This document shows positions 18,985 through 28,454 of a DNA stretch of 64,000 nucleotides, one piece after another. A program made the position numbers and the translations under genes. The notes beneath the pieces are model-generated. The model ran no database searches and was not told the origin of the DNA. It saw only the letters and a program-made list of their open reading frames with translations. Positions within the stretch are counted from its first letter, which is position 1. Each line of letters begins with the position of its first letter. The DNA is from Candidatus Fraserbacteria bacterium (GTDB lineage: Bacteria; Bipolaricaulota; Bipolaricaulia; RBG-16-55-9; DRXL01): positions 32,001 to 96,000 of the forward strand of contig CAMTVK010000003.1 in the NCBI GenBank assembly GCA_947085185.1, given 5' to 3'.

Positions 18985-21900
18985 TCAAGCGGTGAGGGAT
19001 TCCGTGAGGATCTCGCGGTAAATGGGGATGTTCAAGAACGAGGAGCGCAGGGAGGGATCAGTGACCTGAGCTGCTGTTTTTTGGAGCTCGTCCACTGCTG
19101 CGTGCAGGGCATCAAGAGCTTCGGGGTGGCTGAGGGCTTTCAGGGCACGATACTTCAGATAGTGAGCACGGATGACGAGCTCCCCGCCCCAGCTGTGTTG
19201 TGTGATCAGCTCCAGTGCTGCTTGGGCAGCACTCCAAGCGCTCTGGGCATCATGGCACGCGAGATGTGCTGCGCTTTGAGCGAGATAGACGCGCGCTGTC
19301 AGGTACGACCAGTCAAGCTGGTGACTCAACTGGAGTGCCAGCTGAAGTTTCTGTAAGGATTTTTCGAGATCTCCAACATCGAGCAGGGTTTGAGCCATCT
19401 CGAGCAAACATTCTCCCTCTTCAGCGTGAGCTTTTATAGCGTAGGCATTCTCTAAAGCTTGCTTCAGATACTTTTGGGCGCGCTGGGGGTCGCCCAGCTC
19501 TCGGTACGTGGCGCCGAGCCACCGCTGCATCATGCATTGTCCAAATCGGTCTTCAAGGGAGCTGAAGATCTGATATGCTTCTTGGCTGAGCTTGAGGGCT
19601 TCGCTCCAGCGTCCCAGGAGCCGATATGTCTGGGCGAGATTGCAGAGGCTAAATCCCAGACCAAGGCGGTCGCCTGTAGTTCTATCTATCGCACAGGCTT
19701 GCTCCAAATGGCTGAGCGCCTGCTGGTACTCCCCCAGATAGCGCCGTGCGGCCCCCATGTTGTTCAAAACGGCACTGACTTTCTTCTGCTCCTGAAGCTC
19801 ACGATACAGCTTGAGCGACATCTCATAGTGCTCAAGCGCTCGGCGATAATCTCCCAGCTTGACTAGGGCATTTGCGCAATCATTCCACGCATGGGCTTCT
19901 TTGAGTCGGTCACATGTACGAAAGATTTCGAGAGCCTGCTGATAGTATTGCAACGCGGCCCTGTAGTCGCCCATGCGAAAGTGAATAAGCCCGATTTGAT
20001 CTAAGATCACAGCTTGGAGTGTGGAGTTGCTGTCGCTGAGCCTATAAGCTTCCTGAGCGTACTGGAGCGCTTGGTGGTAGTGCGCTGCGCGGATGTGCCA
20101 CAGGGCTTGCCAGTGAAGTGCTTTCGCTTGATGGAGAATATCTAATCTCCCAGCGAGCGATAGCAAGCCCTCAAGGTTTTCTTGGGCTGCCTTAAGCTGG
20201 CTCCCTTTAAGCTGAAGATCCAAGCGTTCGAGAATCAGATCAAATTCCTTTTCCAGCCGTTCTCGCTCAGAAAGCCGGCCTGCCAGTTTTTGTAACAATC
20301 GCAGCCCTTGCTCAACCAGTTGGAGTCCTTCTTCTAAATGATAGCGTCTCCCATAGTCATTGATTGCCTTGAACGTCCACTCCAAAGCGTGCACGAGCTG
20401 CCCACCCTGCTCATAGTGCTCCGCCAGCCGTCCGGCCATGCCCGCAGCTTGAGGGTCCACATACACACGCGCGATCGCCTGCGCCAGCCGACGGTGCCAC
20501 CATATCTTTTGGGGAGCCTCAAGCTGTTTGGACATAACCTCCCGGAATTTGTCGTGCGCGAACTCGTACCGCCCCCCACGCTCCACCACAAGCCCTTGCG
20601 CACCTAACTCCCCCAGATGCACCAAGAGCTCCTCGGCTGTGCCATCCCAAGCGCTCTCTAAGACCTCAAGTTCAGCATGCACCGCGCACGAGAGAAGCTG
20701 CAACACCCGCTGAGCCGCTGAGCTTATCCGCTTCACCCGACGCTCCAAAAGCTGCATTGCTGCAGAAGCCAACTCGATCTGCGATGGGGCCACCACACGC
20801 CACTTGGACCCCTCCCGCACAAAGGCCCCGTTCTCAAAGAGCGCCTCCAGCGCCGCTATACAAAAGAGCGGATTGCCTAGGCTCTCTTGATAGAGTCGCT
20901 CCCTAAAGTCTGCCGTCGCCTCCAGAGCCAAACTCTTCACGAACTCTCCCAGCTCTTGCTCGCTCCATCTTCCCAGGGGGATCTCCTCAAAAATCCCCAA
21001 GCGCAGCGCATGATGCCGCACCCGCTCCAGACGATCCCCCAGCTCCTCCAAGCGCGCTGCCCCAAGAATCAAGAGAGGGGCGTGCGCGCATCGCTCCAAG
21101 AGAAACAAGAGAAGATCGAGCGAGCTGAGATCGGCCCACTGCAAGTCATCAAGCATCACCACGAGTGGGGCGCGATGTGCCAGCGCACATACCATCTGAG
21201 AGAGCGTCTCGAAGAGCCGATACTGGCGGAAATCCGGAGGAAGCGCCACCGCCGAGACCCCCTCACAGAGACGACGCAGCTCGGGCATGATCTCTGCAAG
21301 CTCCGCCACCCATGCCAGCGGAACGTTCACCAGATCGGCTCTGCTTAAAAGTGAGATCCCCTCGCGGAGAGCCTCCCCCCACAGATGCAACGGCATGGGG
21401 CTCTCCAGCTCGTAGCACCTCCCATAGAGAGTCTGGACTCCCGCGTGCTCGCGCGCATAGCTGAGAAATTCTTCCCCAAGACGCGTCTTGCCCACCCCAG
21501 CCTCGCCCACAAGCAGCACCAAGCGGGCAGAGCCCGCCCGGGCGCGCTCTAAAGCCCTACATAAACGCCCCCATTCGATATGGCGCCCCACAAACGGGAG
21601 GCGTCGCGCCGCAAACGTCGAGGGCTTCTTGGGCTTGGGATAGACCCGCTCCCAGTCGGGAGCTCTCTCACTTTGAATCTGTCTATAGATCTCTTCTGTG
21701 TGCGACGACGGCCGCTCCCCAAGCTCCCTCTCTAAGACGGCTCGGCACCGCTCATATGCCGAAACTGCCCGCCCCCTATCCCCCGCACAGAACGCATAGA
21801 CCATCACCTGGCGATAGAGCGTCTCCTGCAAGGGGGATTCGCTCACGGCTCGCTCCAGACAAGACAAAGCCCTGCGATACTCCCCGCGCCGCGCCAGACA

Positions 21901-22482
21901 ATCCGCAAGCAGACTCAAGACCTCAACAAAGCGCTCGCGCCAGCGCTCTCGCGGCAGGTGCGCCCATTCTTCATAGCGATCTTCACTCAAATACTCCCCA
22001 CGATAGAGCGCCACGGCCCTCTCAAACGAACGGAGCGCTTCCTCGAACTTCCCCGCGCTATGGGCGCGCCGCCCCGCCTCTTCGAGCTTGGAAAACTCTT
22101 CAGCATCTATCCAACAATCACTCGCCTCAGAGAAGAGATAGCCCCCGCGCTGCGTGAGAATATAGCGTGACTGCTCCCCGCGTCCCGGCTCTAAGATCTT
22201 TCTCAGTTCGGCGACACGGCTTCTCAGATTGGACGCGGCGCTACGCAAAGACAGCCCTTCCCCAGGCCACAGATACTCGATCAACTCGTCGGCAGAGAAG
22301 ACCCGGCCACGCTCGCCCGCGAGAATCTTTAAGAGTGCCAGAGTCTTGGCGTTCCTCCAAGACCCCACAAGCTCCCCATCACGAAAGACTGCAAAATTGC
22401 CGAAGAAGAAAATTTTTACCCCATAGGAGTGCCTGCTATTGTAGCCCCCAGACAAGGGGGGTGCAAAGTGCCCACTTTGCAC
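18985..22482 (-). CDS. SARP-family regulator: wHTH + BTAD + AAA/STAND ATPase + TPR repeats; start uncertain
   Basis: ELIEYLWP...NLRSRVAELRK; LYRGEYL.EDRYEEW; FVGRHIE, GEAGVGKT, LDDLQWAD, GNPLF, FAHD; C-terminal TPRs. Confidence 0.88.
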   Translation of the reverse strand: MQSGHFAPPLSGGYNSRHSYGVKIFFFGNFAVFRDGELVGSWRNAKTLALLKILAGERGRVFSADELIEYLWPGEGLSLRSAASNLRSRVAELRKILEPGRGEQSRYILTQRGGYLFSEASDCWIDAEEFSKLEEAGRRAHSAGKFEEALRSFERAVALYRGEYLSEDRYEEWAHLPRERWRERFVEVLSLLADCLARRGEYRRALSCLERAVSESPLQETLYRQVMVYAFCAGDRGRAVSAYERCRAVLERELGERPSSHTEEIYRQIQSERAPDWERVYPKPKKPSTFAARRLPFVGRHIEWGRLCRALERARAGSARLVLLVGEAGVGKTRLGEEFLSYAREHAGVQTLYGRCYELESPMPLHLWGEALREGISLLSRADLVNVPLAWVAELAEIMPELRRLCEGVSAVALPPDFRQYRLFETLSQMVCALAHRAPLVVMLDDLQWADLSSLDLLLFLLERCAHAPLLILGAARLEELGDRLERVRHHALRLGIFEEIPLGRWSEQELGEFVKSLALEATADFRERLYQESLGNPLFCIAALEALFENGAFVREGSKWRVVAPSQIELASAAMQLLERRVKRISSAAQRVLQLLSCAVHAELEVLESAWDGTAEELLVHLGELGAQGLVVERGGRYEFAHDKFREVMSKQLEAPQKIWWHRRLAQAIARVYVDPQAAGMAGRLAEHYEQGGQLVHALEWTFKAINDYGRRYHLEEGLQLVEQGLRLLQKLAGRLSERERLEKEFDLILERLDLQLKGSQLKAAQENLEGLLSLAGRLDILHQAKALHWQALWHIRAAHYHQALQYAQEAYRLSDSNSTLQAVILDQIGLIHFRMGDYRAALQYYQQALEIFRTCDRLKEAHAWNDCANALVKLGDYRRALEHYEMSLKLYRELQEQKKVSAVLNNMGAARRYLGEYQQALSHLEQACAIDRTTGDRLGLGFSLCNLAQTYRLLGRWSEALKLSQEAYQIFSSLEDRFGQCMMQRWLGATYRELGDPQRAQKYLKQALENAYAIKAHAEEGECLLEMAQTLLDVGDLEKSLQKLQLALQLSHQLDWSYLTARVYLAQSAAHLACHDAQSAWSAAQAALELITQHSWGGELVIRAHYLKYRALKALSHPEALDALHAAVDELQKTAAQVTDPSLRSSFLNIPIYREILTESLTA

Positions 22483-22507
22483 GAGCTTTGCAAGGGGCTG
22501 CTAGACT
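22438..22507. promoter_or_regulatory. Divergent promoter region with palindrome and 11-bp-period direct repeats
   Basis: Minus strand TTGCAC(22466-22461)-17-TACAAT(22443-22438); palindrome GTGCAAAGTG-CC-CACTTTGCAC 22461-22482; CTTTGCA at 22475 and 22486; plus-strand TGcTAGACT -10 at 22502-22507. Confidence 0.55.
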
Positions 22508-22552
22508 CCAGCCGTCGAACACCACAACACACAAAAGAAGGAGGCGATCAGC

Positions 22553-22906
22553 ATGTTCGACAGAGTGAAGGTCGTGCGGACGGTCGTAGCGGTTCTGGCC
22601 CTGATGGTCGTGGGGACGGTCTTGGTGGGGACGGCGCAGCAGCCGACAAACCCCGCGGATATCGCGAGCGCGCTCGTAGCATACTATAAGATCGGCAACC
22701 GGCCCACCAGCATCACCGCAGCGGAACTCGATCAGCGCATCGCGTACTTCCCAGACTTTGGAGATGGCACGATCGAAGCGATGAAGAAGGCTGCCCCGAT
22801 CGAGACCGTCAGCAAGCTTGTCAATCTCAAAAACAGCAAGGGCAAAAACTTGCTCTCGCAAAAGCAGATCATTCTGCTCTTGACGTTCTATAACTTAAAG
22901 CCGTAG
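22553..22906 (+). CDS. Small secreted protein, possibly helix-hairpin-helix-like
   Basis: AGGAGG RBS; signal peptide; TAAEL...FPDFGDGTIEAM...PIETVSKL loosely resembles ComEA/PsbU HhH. Confidence 0.6.
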   Translation: MFDRVKVVRTVVAVLALMVVGTVLVGTAQQPTNPADIASALVAYYKIGNRPTSITAAELDQRIAYFPDFGDGTIEAMKKAAPIETVSKLVNLKNSKGKNLLSQKQIILLLTFYNLKP

Positions 22907-22918
22907 GCCGGGCCACGC

Positions 22919-22961
22919 GTAGGGGCACGTCGCGTAGGGGCACGTCGCAACGTGCCCCTAC
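22919..22961. repeat. GTAG-type REP-like palindrome plus adjacent half copy
   Basis: GTAGGGGCACGTCGCAACGTGCCCCTAC 22934-22961 preceded by GTAGGGGCACGTCGC 22919-22933, between convergent genes. Confidence 0.8.
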
Positions 22962-23443
22962 GCCCGCACAAACCGCACCCGCCCGTCAGCACCCTTCTCC
23001 GCATAGTACGCTTCTACAGCAATGGGCAGCCCCAGACCCCGCAGCGCCTGCACGATCTGTCGCAAGTCCTCCCGCTGCCGTTCCTTGAGAGAACCACCCA
23101 CCCCAAACCTCTGCAAGAACTGCGGGACGAACCGCTCGTCACTATACCAAGCACAGTCCTCGTGCGCGATCGCGATGACCCTCTGGAGCCTGTGGCGCTC
23201 GACTAAGAACTTCACCCAGCGCTGTCCAACCCACGCGAACTTGGGCAAGTACTCGGTCAGTAACAGAAACTGCGGCCCACCAGGAACAGCTAACAGATCA
23301 TACGCCCCCTTCTGGAGCCCCAGCCCCTTCTCTAAGAACTCCTGAGTGTAGGGCAAGAACGCATTGCTGGAACACGCGATCACCAACACGGTGCTCTGGT
23401 GCTCCACAAACGGCGTCTGCACAGTGTAGACAGATTCTGCCAT
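22958..23443 (-). CDS. Putative beta-carbonic-anhydrase-like protein
   Basis: VIACSS...YDLLAVPGG...IAHEDCAWY gives a Cys/His/Cys Zn-ligand pattern; the usual CxD Asp is Ser. Confidence 0.5.
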   Translation of the reverse strand: MAESVYTVQTPFVEHQSTVLVIACSSNAFLPYTQEFLEKGLGLQKGAYDLLAVPGGPQFLLLTEYLPKFAWVGQRWVKFLVERHRLQRVIAIAHEDCAWYSDERFVPQFLQRFGVGGSLKERQREDLRQIVQALRGLGLPIAVEAYYAEKGADGRVRFVRA

Positions 23444-23453
23444 CGGCGCTCCT

Positions 23454-25010
23454 CTATTTCTTCGCTTCTTCAGACTTGACCCCGATCTTGCTCAACAGCC
23501 CACTGATGTCCAACCCCAGCGCTTGAGCTGCTTGCATCACGTTGAACATCGTCGTCGGGACGGTATTCGCCAGACGACTGAGCGTGTTCGCGCCATCGGG
23601 GGAGCCACCGCTGTCGAGCATCACGAGTTTATCTATATTGCCCAACGGGGCCGCGACAGCTCCGGCGACCGGAGCGAACGCTTTGATCACATCGGGCAGT
23701 CTCTCGAGCACGAGCATCGTCTTGGCGGACTCGTCGAGCTTCGCGAACGCCTCGGCTTTTTTCAGAGCGCCCTCGGCTTCGGCTAAGAGCTTGGCTTTGG
23801 TCCCCTCAGCTTCGGCCAAGAGCTTGGCTTTAGTGCCTTCGGCTTCGGCCAAGAGCTTGGCTTTGGTGCCTTCGGCTTCGGCCAAGAGCTTGGCGCGCAT
23901 GGCGTCGGCCTCGCCAATGCCCTCCAGCGCTAAGCGCTGCTTCTCCGCGTCGGCAATGACGATGATCGCCGTCTTGCGGCCTTCGGCCTCTAAGATCTCT
24001 TTCTGTTTGGTTGCTTCGGCTTGCAAGATGATCTGCTGTCTTTGGGCTTCGGCGGGCTTGATCACCTCGGCTAAGAGCTGGCGCTCGCGCCGGATCGCCT
24101 CGGCTTCAGCCACTTCGATCTGCTTCTTCGTGCGCACGTATTCGACTTGAACTTCTTGTTCGACGACCTCTTGACGGGCCTTCGCTTCGGCCAGCGGGCC
24201 GGCTTGACGGGCTTTGGCTTGTTGGGCTTGGACTTCTGCTTCAAATTGGGCTCTCTTCACATCGCGCTCTTTTTCGGCTTGGGCGATGAGCGCCAGATTC
24301 TCATTCTCGCGCTCTTTGGCCTCGCGCAGCGCCGTGCTCGATTTGATGATGGCTTCGCGCTCGGCTTCCGCTTCCCCAATGCGCGCATCACGCTTGACTT
24401 CCGCCGTGCGCTTCTTGCCCAGCGCTTCGATATACCCCTCAGAGTCCCAGATCTTCTGAATCGTCAAGACGTCCACGCCCAGGCCGATCTTGGCCAAGTC
24501 TGCCGCGGCCTCCATCAGAACTTCTTGATTGAACTTGGCGCGATCCCGCACGATCTCTTCGACCGTCAGCCGCCCGATGATCGAGCGCAGATGGCCCTCT
24601 AAATTTTTATAGGCGATCTGCTTAATATCGTCCAAGCTGCGCCCAAGAAATCTCTCCGCGGCGGCGATGAGCGACTCCTCATCGTTGCGGATCTTGACGT
24701 TCGCAACGGCCTGAGCGCTGACGAGCACCCCGTCTTTGTTGGGCATGTCCCGCACTTCTAGATCGATGGGGAAGATCGTGAGATCGAGATACGTGACGCT
24801 CTCGATGACCGGCCACTTGAGCGCGGCGCCCCCGGTCACGAGGCGAAAACCGATCACTTTGCCGTCGGGCGTGCGGTGCTTGCGCCCGTAGAAGACCGCC
24901 ACTTTGTTCGGGGGCACTTTGATATAATTGCGCACCGCGGTCATCACGACCACCAGCATGATCAACGCGATGAGCACCAGCAAGAACGGCAACGTCGTCA
25001 GTCCGAACAT
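23454..25010 (-). CDS. Flotillin (SPFH/band 7) family protein
   Basis: N-terminal TM; AAERFLG, LEGHLRSIIG, GYIEALG; AEA-rich coiled coil; AGGAGG RBS. Confidence 0.92.
   Translation of the reverse strand: MFGLTTLPFLLVLIALIMLVVVMTAVRNYIKVPPNKVAVFYGRKHRTPDGKVIGFRLVTGGAALKWPVIESVTYLDLTIFPIDLEVRDMPNKDGVLVSAQAVANVKIRNDEESLIAAAERFLGRSLDDIKQIAYKNLEGHLRSIIGRLTVEEIVRDRAKFNQEVLMEAAADLAKIGLGVDVLTIQKIWDSEGYIEALGKKRTAEVKRDARIGEAEAEREAIIKSSTALREAKERENENLALIAQAEKERDVKRAQFEAEVQAQQAKARQAGPLAEAKARQEVVEQEVQVEYVRTKKQIEVAEAEAIRRERQLLAEVIKPAEAQRQQIILQAEATKQKEILEAEGRKTAIIVIADAEKQRLALEGIGEADAMRAKLLAEAEGTKAKLLAEAEGTKAKLLAEAEGTKAKLLAEAEGALKKAEAFAKLDESAKTMLVLERLPDVIKAFAPVAGAVAAPLGNIDKLVMLDSGGSPDGANTLSRLANTVPTTMFNVMQAAQALGLDISGLLSKIGVKSEEAKK
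23771..23894. repeat. 33-bp intragenic tandem repeat (AKLLAEAEGTK, about 4 copies) in flotillin
   Basis: Repeated TC(G/A)GCTTCGGC(C/T)AAGAGCTTGGC units on the plus strand. Confidence 0.8.
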
Positions 25011-25031
25011 ACGCGTTCCTCCTTCTTGAAT

Positions 25032-25541
25032 TTATATCACCGGCTCGACGAGCACGACGTCCCCTTGAACTTCTCTAATACGAACGATGGCCCCTTCAGG
25101 GATCGCTTGGCGGTTCTGAGAGCGCGCCAACCGCCGAGTCGTCTGGGCCTTGACGGTGCAGCTCACTTCCCCCAAGCCGTCGGGGGGAATGGCAACCGTG
25201 ACGCGCCCGGTCAGGCCGAGTAAGTCCCTGTCTTCGATGAGCGAGCTCGCTTCTTGAGAGCGCATCAGGTGCATCGCCCCAAGATAGATGCCGCTCATCG
25301 CCACCCCGGCAACCACCCCCCACAGCGAGCTGAGCAACGCCGAGAGATTATAGTATCGCGCGATCGCCCCCACCGTCCCAAACGCCGTCAAAAAGACTGC
25401 TATAGACCGTAAGCTCAGAAAGTGCGGCCCACCGCCCTCAACCTCAGGAGCAGCTTCGATATCGTCGCCAAAGACCCCAAAGAACGCCGAGATCACCAGC
25501 AGCACCAGGCCGATGCCAGCAAGCACGACAAAGACGAACAT
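25032..25541 (-). CDS. NfeD-like (YqiJ/YuaF-type) membrane partner of flotillin
   Basis: Three hydrophobic segments plus C-terminal OB-like GRVTVAIP..GLGEV...IPEGAIVRI; directly upstream of flotillin. Confidence 0.85.
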   Translation of the reverse strand: MFVFVVLAGIGLVLLVISAFFGVFGDDIEAAPEVEGGGPHFLSLRSIAVFLTAFGTVGAIARYYNLSALLSSLWGVVAGVAMSGIYLGAMHLMRSQEASSLIEDRDLLGLTGRVTVAIPPDGLGEVSCTVKAQTTRRLARSQNRQAIPEGAIVRIREVQGDVVLVEPVI

Positions 25542-25667
25542 GGTGCCTACCTCCCTTGCTCACTCAGAGATCTTAGCGGATCGAGCTCTCTGGGGGCAAG
25601 TGCGAAAGAGACGCGGGGCGACTGGGTCGGTCGCCCCGGTGGGGGAGATTGGGAGGGGAGGGAGGGG

Positions 25668-25767
25668 GGCGACCCCTTCAAAGCCGCTGGGGAAAAATCC
25701 CCGCCCCGGAGGCAAGGAACGGGGCAAAACCCTGGCGGCCGCTGCGAACCCGCAGGCCGGGGTCGCC
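25668..25767 (-). ncRNA. Candidate structured RNA motif, copy 1 (in the ~300-nt leader of nfeD-flotillin)
   Basis: P1 GGCGACCCC/GGGGUCGCC; P2 CUGCG/CGCAG; P3 GCCGC/GCGGC; CCAGGGUUUUGCC...GGAUUUUUCCCCAG core; paralog at 45649-45746. Confidence 0.6.
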
Positions 25768-25845
25768 TCAGCACCCAAAGGAGGTCTCTAATATACTCTC
25801 GAACCCGCCATCCAGTTTTTATAATAACGGACTTTACTCGGGGCT

Positions 25846-25874
25846 ATTATACTCAAGAGCAGGGGCGCGTGCAA
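25846..25874 (-). promoter_or_regulatory. Sigma70 promoter driving the long leader and nfeD-flotillin operon
   Basis: TTGCAC(25874-25869)-17 nt-TATAAT(25851-25846). Confidence 0.7.
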
Positions 25875-25878
25875 GGGG

Positions 25879-27336
25879 TCAGCCCTCGTCGCCAAATCTG
25901 TAATTAGGGGCTTCTTTGGTGATCTGGACGTCGTGGGGGTGGCTCTCGATGAGGGCCGCGCGGGTGATCTGGATGAACTCTGCGGTCTTCTGAAGTGTGG
26001 GGATATCGGGGGCGCCGCAGTAGCCCATGGCGACTTTGACGCCCCCAACTAATTGATAGAGCACGTCGGCGACCTTGCCGCGATAGCGCACGCGGCCCTC
26101 GACCCCCTCGGCGATGGGTTCTTGGGAATCGTCCCAAAAATAGCGACGATCTCCAGGGGGGGCGGCCTTGAGCGCCCCTACTGACCCCATCCCCCTATAG
26201 GTCTTATAAGCCTCACCCTTGAGGGTGAAGAGCTCGCCGGGAGCTTCTTCGGTGCCGGCAAGGAGCGCGCCGATCATCACGGCATTGGCGCCCGCCGCCA
26301 ACGCTTTGGCGATGTCTCCAGAGGAGCGAATCCCCCCGTCAGCAATGATGGGAATACGAGCGTGTTGAGCGACTTGAGCGCACTCTAATACGGCGGAGAG
26401 CTGGGGGACGCCGACCCCGCTGATGACGCGGGTCGTGCAGATCGAGCCGCCGCCGATACCGACTTTGACGGCGTCGGCCCCGGCGTCGATGAGCGCTCTT
26501 GTTCCGTCAGCGGTGGCGACATTGCCCGCGATCACGTCAATGGGAAAGTGTCTCTTGAGCGCCCGTACCTTCTCGAGGACGCGCGCGCTGTGCCCATGTG
26601 CCGTGTCCACGACGAACACGTCTACTCCGGCTTCTATGAGCAGCTGCTCGCGCTCCATATCGAGCGACGTGCCTACGGCCGCGCCGCAGAGCAGGCGCCC
26701 ATGGCGATCCTTGCAGGCATTGGGGAATTTCTCAGCTTTTTTGAGGTCTTTGATGGTGATCAGTCCGCAGAGCCGGAACTTCTCGTCAACGAGCGGGAGT
26801 TTTTCTATGCGATGCTCTTGTAAGATTCTTTTGGCTTCTTCGAGGGTGACTGTGGGCGGCGCGGTGATGAGTCTCTCTTTGGGGGTCATGCGCTGGGAGA
26901 TTGGGGCATCGAGGTCCTCTTGAAGCTGCAGATCTCTGATAGTGATCAGCCCCTCGAGGACTTTTGTCTTGGGGTCAACGATAGGCACGCCAGAGATATT
27001 ATGTTCGGCCATGAGGCGCAGCGCTCTGCCGACGGGCTCGTCTTTTGTCAGCGTCCAGGGATCTTTGATGATCCCGGCTTCGTAGCGTTTGACTTTACGG
27101 ACCTCTTCGGCTTGTTGTTCGGGGGTGAGATTGCGATGAATAATCCCCAGGCCCCCTTCTTTGGCCATGGCGATGGCCATTGGGGCTTCGGTGACCGTGT
27201 CCATGGCCGCGCTGATGATGGGGATCGCAAGCTCGATATTCTTGGTCAGCTTGGTGGAGAGATTCACTTCGTGGGGCAAGACTTGGGAATACTTTGGGAC
27301 AAGCAGCACATCATCGAATGTGAATGCGAGCTTCAC
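25879..27336 (-). CDS. guaB: IMP dehydrogenase with CBS domains
   Basis: [45 protein letters not shown]. Confidence 0.96.
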   Translation of the reverse strand: MKLAFTFDDVLLVPKYSQVLPHEVNLSTKLTKNIELAIPIISAAMDTVTEAPMAIAMAKEGGLGIIHRNLTPEQQAEEVRKVKRYEAGIIKDPWTLTKDEPVGRALRLMAEHNISGVPIVDPKTKVLEGLITIRDLQLQEDLDAPISQRMTPKERLITAPPTVTLEEAKRILQEHRIEKLPLVDEKFRLCGLITIKDLKKAEKFPNACKDRHGRLLCGAAVGTSLDMEREQLLIEAGVDVFVVDTAHGHSARVLEKVRALKRHFPIDVIAGNVATADGTRALIDAGADAVKVGIGGGSICTTRVISGVGVPQLSAVLECAQVAQHARIPIIADGGIRSSGDIAKALAAGANAVMIGALLAGTEEAPGELFTLKGEAYKTYRGMGSVGALKAAPPGDRRYFWDDSQEPIAEGVEGRVRYRGKVADVLYQLVGGVKVAMGYCGAPDIPTLQKTAEFIQITRAALIESHPHDVQITKEAPNYRFGDEG

Positions 27337-27406
27337 CGTGATCCCTCCCGTGCTCGCTTTGGTCTATTATACAGGGTTTCTTCCAGGGTGCAATATAATA
27401 AGAGTT

Positions 27407-27865
27407 ATGATAGAGATCTTGACGGTGCTGTTTCTGGCGGCGCTGCCTGGGCTGGAGCTGCGCGGTGCGATCCCTGTAGCGATTGGGGTCTACGGGTTCG
27501 ACCCGGTGACGGCGTATATAGTCGGGGTGCTGGGGAATCTGCTGCCGGTGCCGATCTTACTCAAGCTCTTGGGGCCGGTGACGGCTCTGGTGCGTCGGTT
27601 TTCGGTGCTCGATCGTCTTATGGACTGGCTCTTTGCCCACACAAGGGCAAGACATGGGGCGCGGATTGCGCGTGTGGGGGCAGGAGCGCTGGTGCTCTTT
27701 GTGGCGGTGCCCTTGCCGGCGACGGGGGCATGGACGGGAGCGCTGATCGCGCACGTCTTTGGGATTCCGTTCCGATACGCGTTTCCGTTGATCGCTCTTG
27801 GGGTGGGGATCGCCGGGATAGTGGTGACGCTGGCGACGATGGGAGTGATAAGGCTCTTCTTTTAG
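27407..27865 (+). CDS. COG2426-type small multidrug export family membrane protein
   Basis: ELRGAIP, GNLLPVP, FVAVPLPATGAWTG; ATG 27407. Confidence 0.85.
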   Translation: MIEILTVLFLAALPGLELRGAIPVAIGVYGFDPVTAYIVGVLGNLLPVPILLKLLGPVTALVRRFSVLDRLMDWLFAHTRARHGARIARVGAGALVLFVAVPLPATGAWTGALIAHVFGIPFRYAFPLIALGVGIAGIVVTLATMGVIRLFF

Positions 27866-28428
27866 GTATGCCCTTCCAAGACCTCCTCGATAGTCAGCTC
27901 TAGGGAGATAGGCTGCGCCGTAAGGGTCTGGCCGCGCCCTAGGATCTGACTCTGCTGATAGCCTTCTGGGTGAGGGTCTCGATAGACCTCGATCTGCCCC
28001 TGTGTTACATCTACGATCCAGACTTCGGGGATGCCCGCGCGGGCATAGATGGGGAGCTTCACACGCCGATCGAACTCCCCCGAAGTCTCGCAGACTTCTA
28101 TGATGAGCAAGACATCTTTGGGAGTGGGGTGCTCGGCGCTGTAGAAATCCTGACGAAACGCAAGCACCGCCAGATCGGGCTGGGGCTCAGAGTGCTCGCT
28201 CAGACGGATTGGGTCCTGCACACTAATAATAAAATGCCCTCCCAGCTTCCGAGTGAGTAAGTCGTTGAGGCGCTTGACACAGCTTGCATGACGACTGCTG
28301 ATAGGGCTCATCTGGACGATCTCTCCCTCCACGAGCTCCACGCGATCATCCTCGGAGAGAATACCGGCTTGCGCCATCCGATGGTACTCGGCAACCGTGA
28401 ACAATCGCTTGGGGATCTGGACGGCCAT
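27862..28428 (-). CDS. Uma2 (DUF820) family PD-(D/E)XK nuclease
   Basis: FTVAEYHRM, RVELVEGEI, EPQPDLAV, LIIEV, YARAGIPEVWIVD. Confidence 0.9.
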   Translation of the reverse strand: MAVQIPKRLFTVAEYHRMAQAGILSEDDRVELVEGEIVQMSPISSRHASCVKRLNDLLTRKLGGHFIISVQDPIRLSEHSEPQPDLAVLAFRQDFYSAEHPTPKDVLLIIEVCETSGEFDRRVKLPIYARAGIPEVWIVDVTQGQIEVYRDPHPEGYQQSQILGRGQTLTAQPISLELTIEEVLEGHT

Positions 28429-28454
28429 GGCGTCACCTCTAGCTTATTATACTC

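Noticed and set aside
25683..25767. c-di-GMP-I (GEMM) riboswitch on the plus strand (GGAAAA...GCAAAA)
   Set aside because: No GNRA tetraloop/receptor, stems would contain A-C mismatches in this orientation, and there is no downstream plus-strand gene.
25513..25903. Short ORFs (72-92 aa) in the nfeD leader, and similar ones at 45279-45843 and 12049-12375
   Set aside because: Low-complexity Pro/Gly/Arg translations without RBS or motifs; the regions look non-coding.
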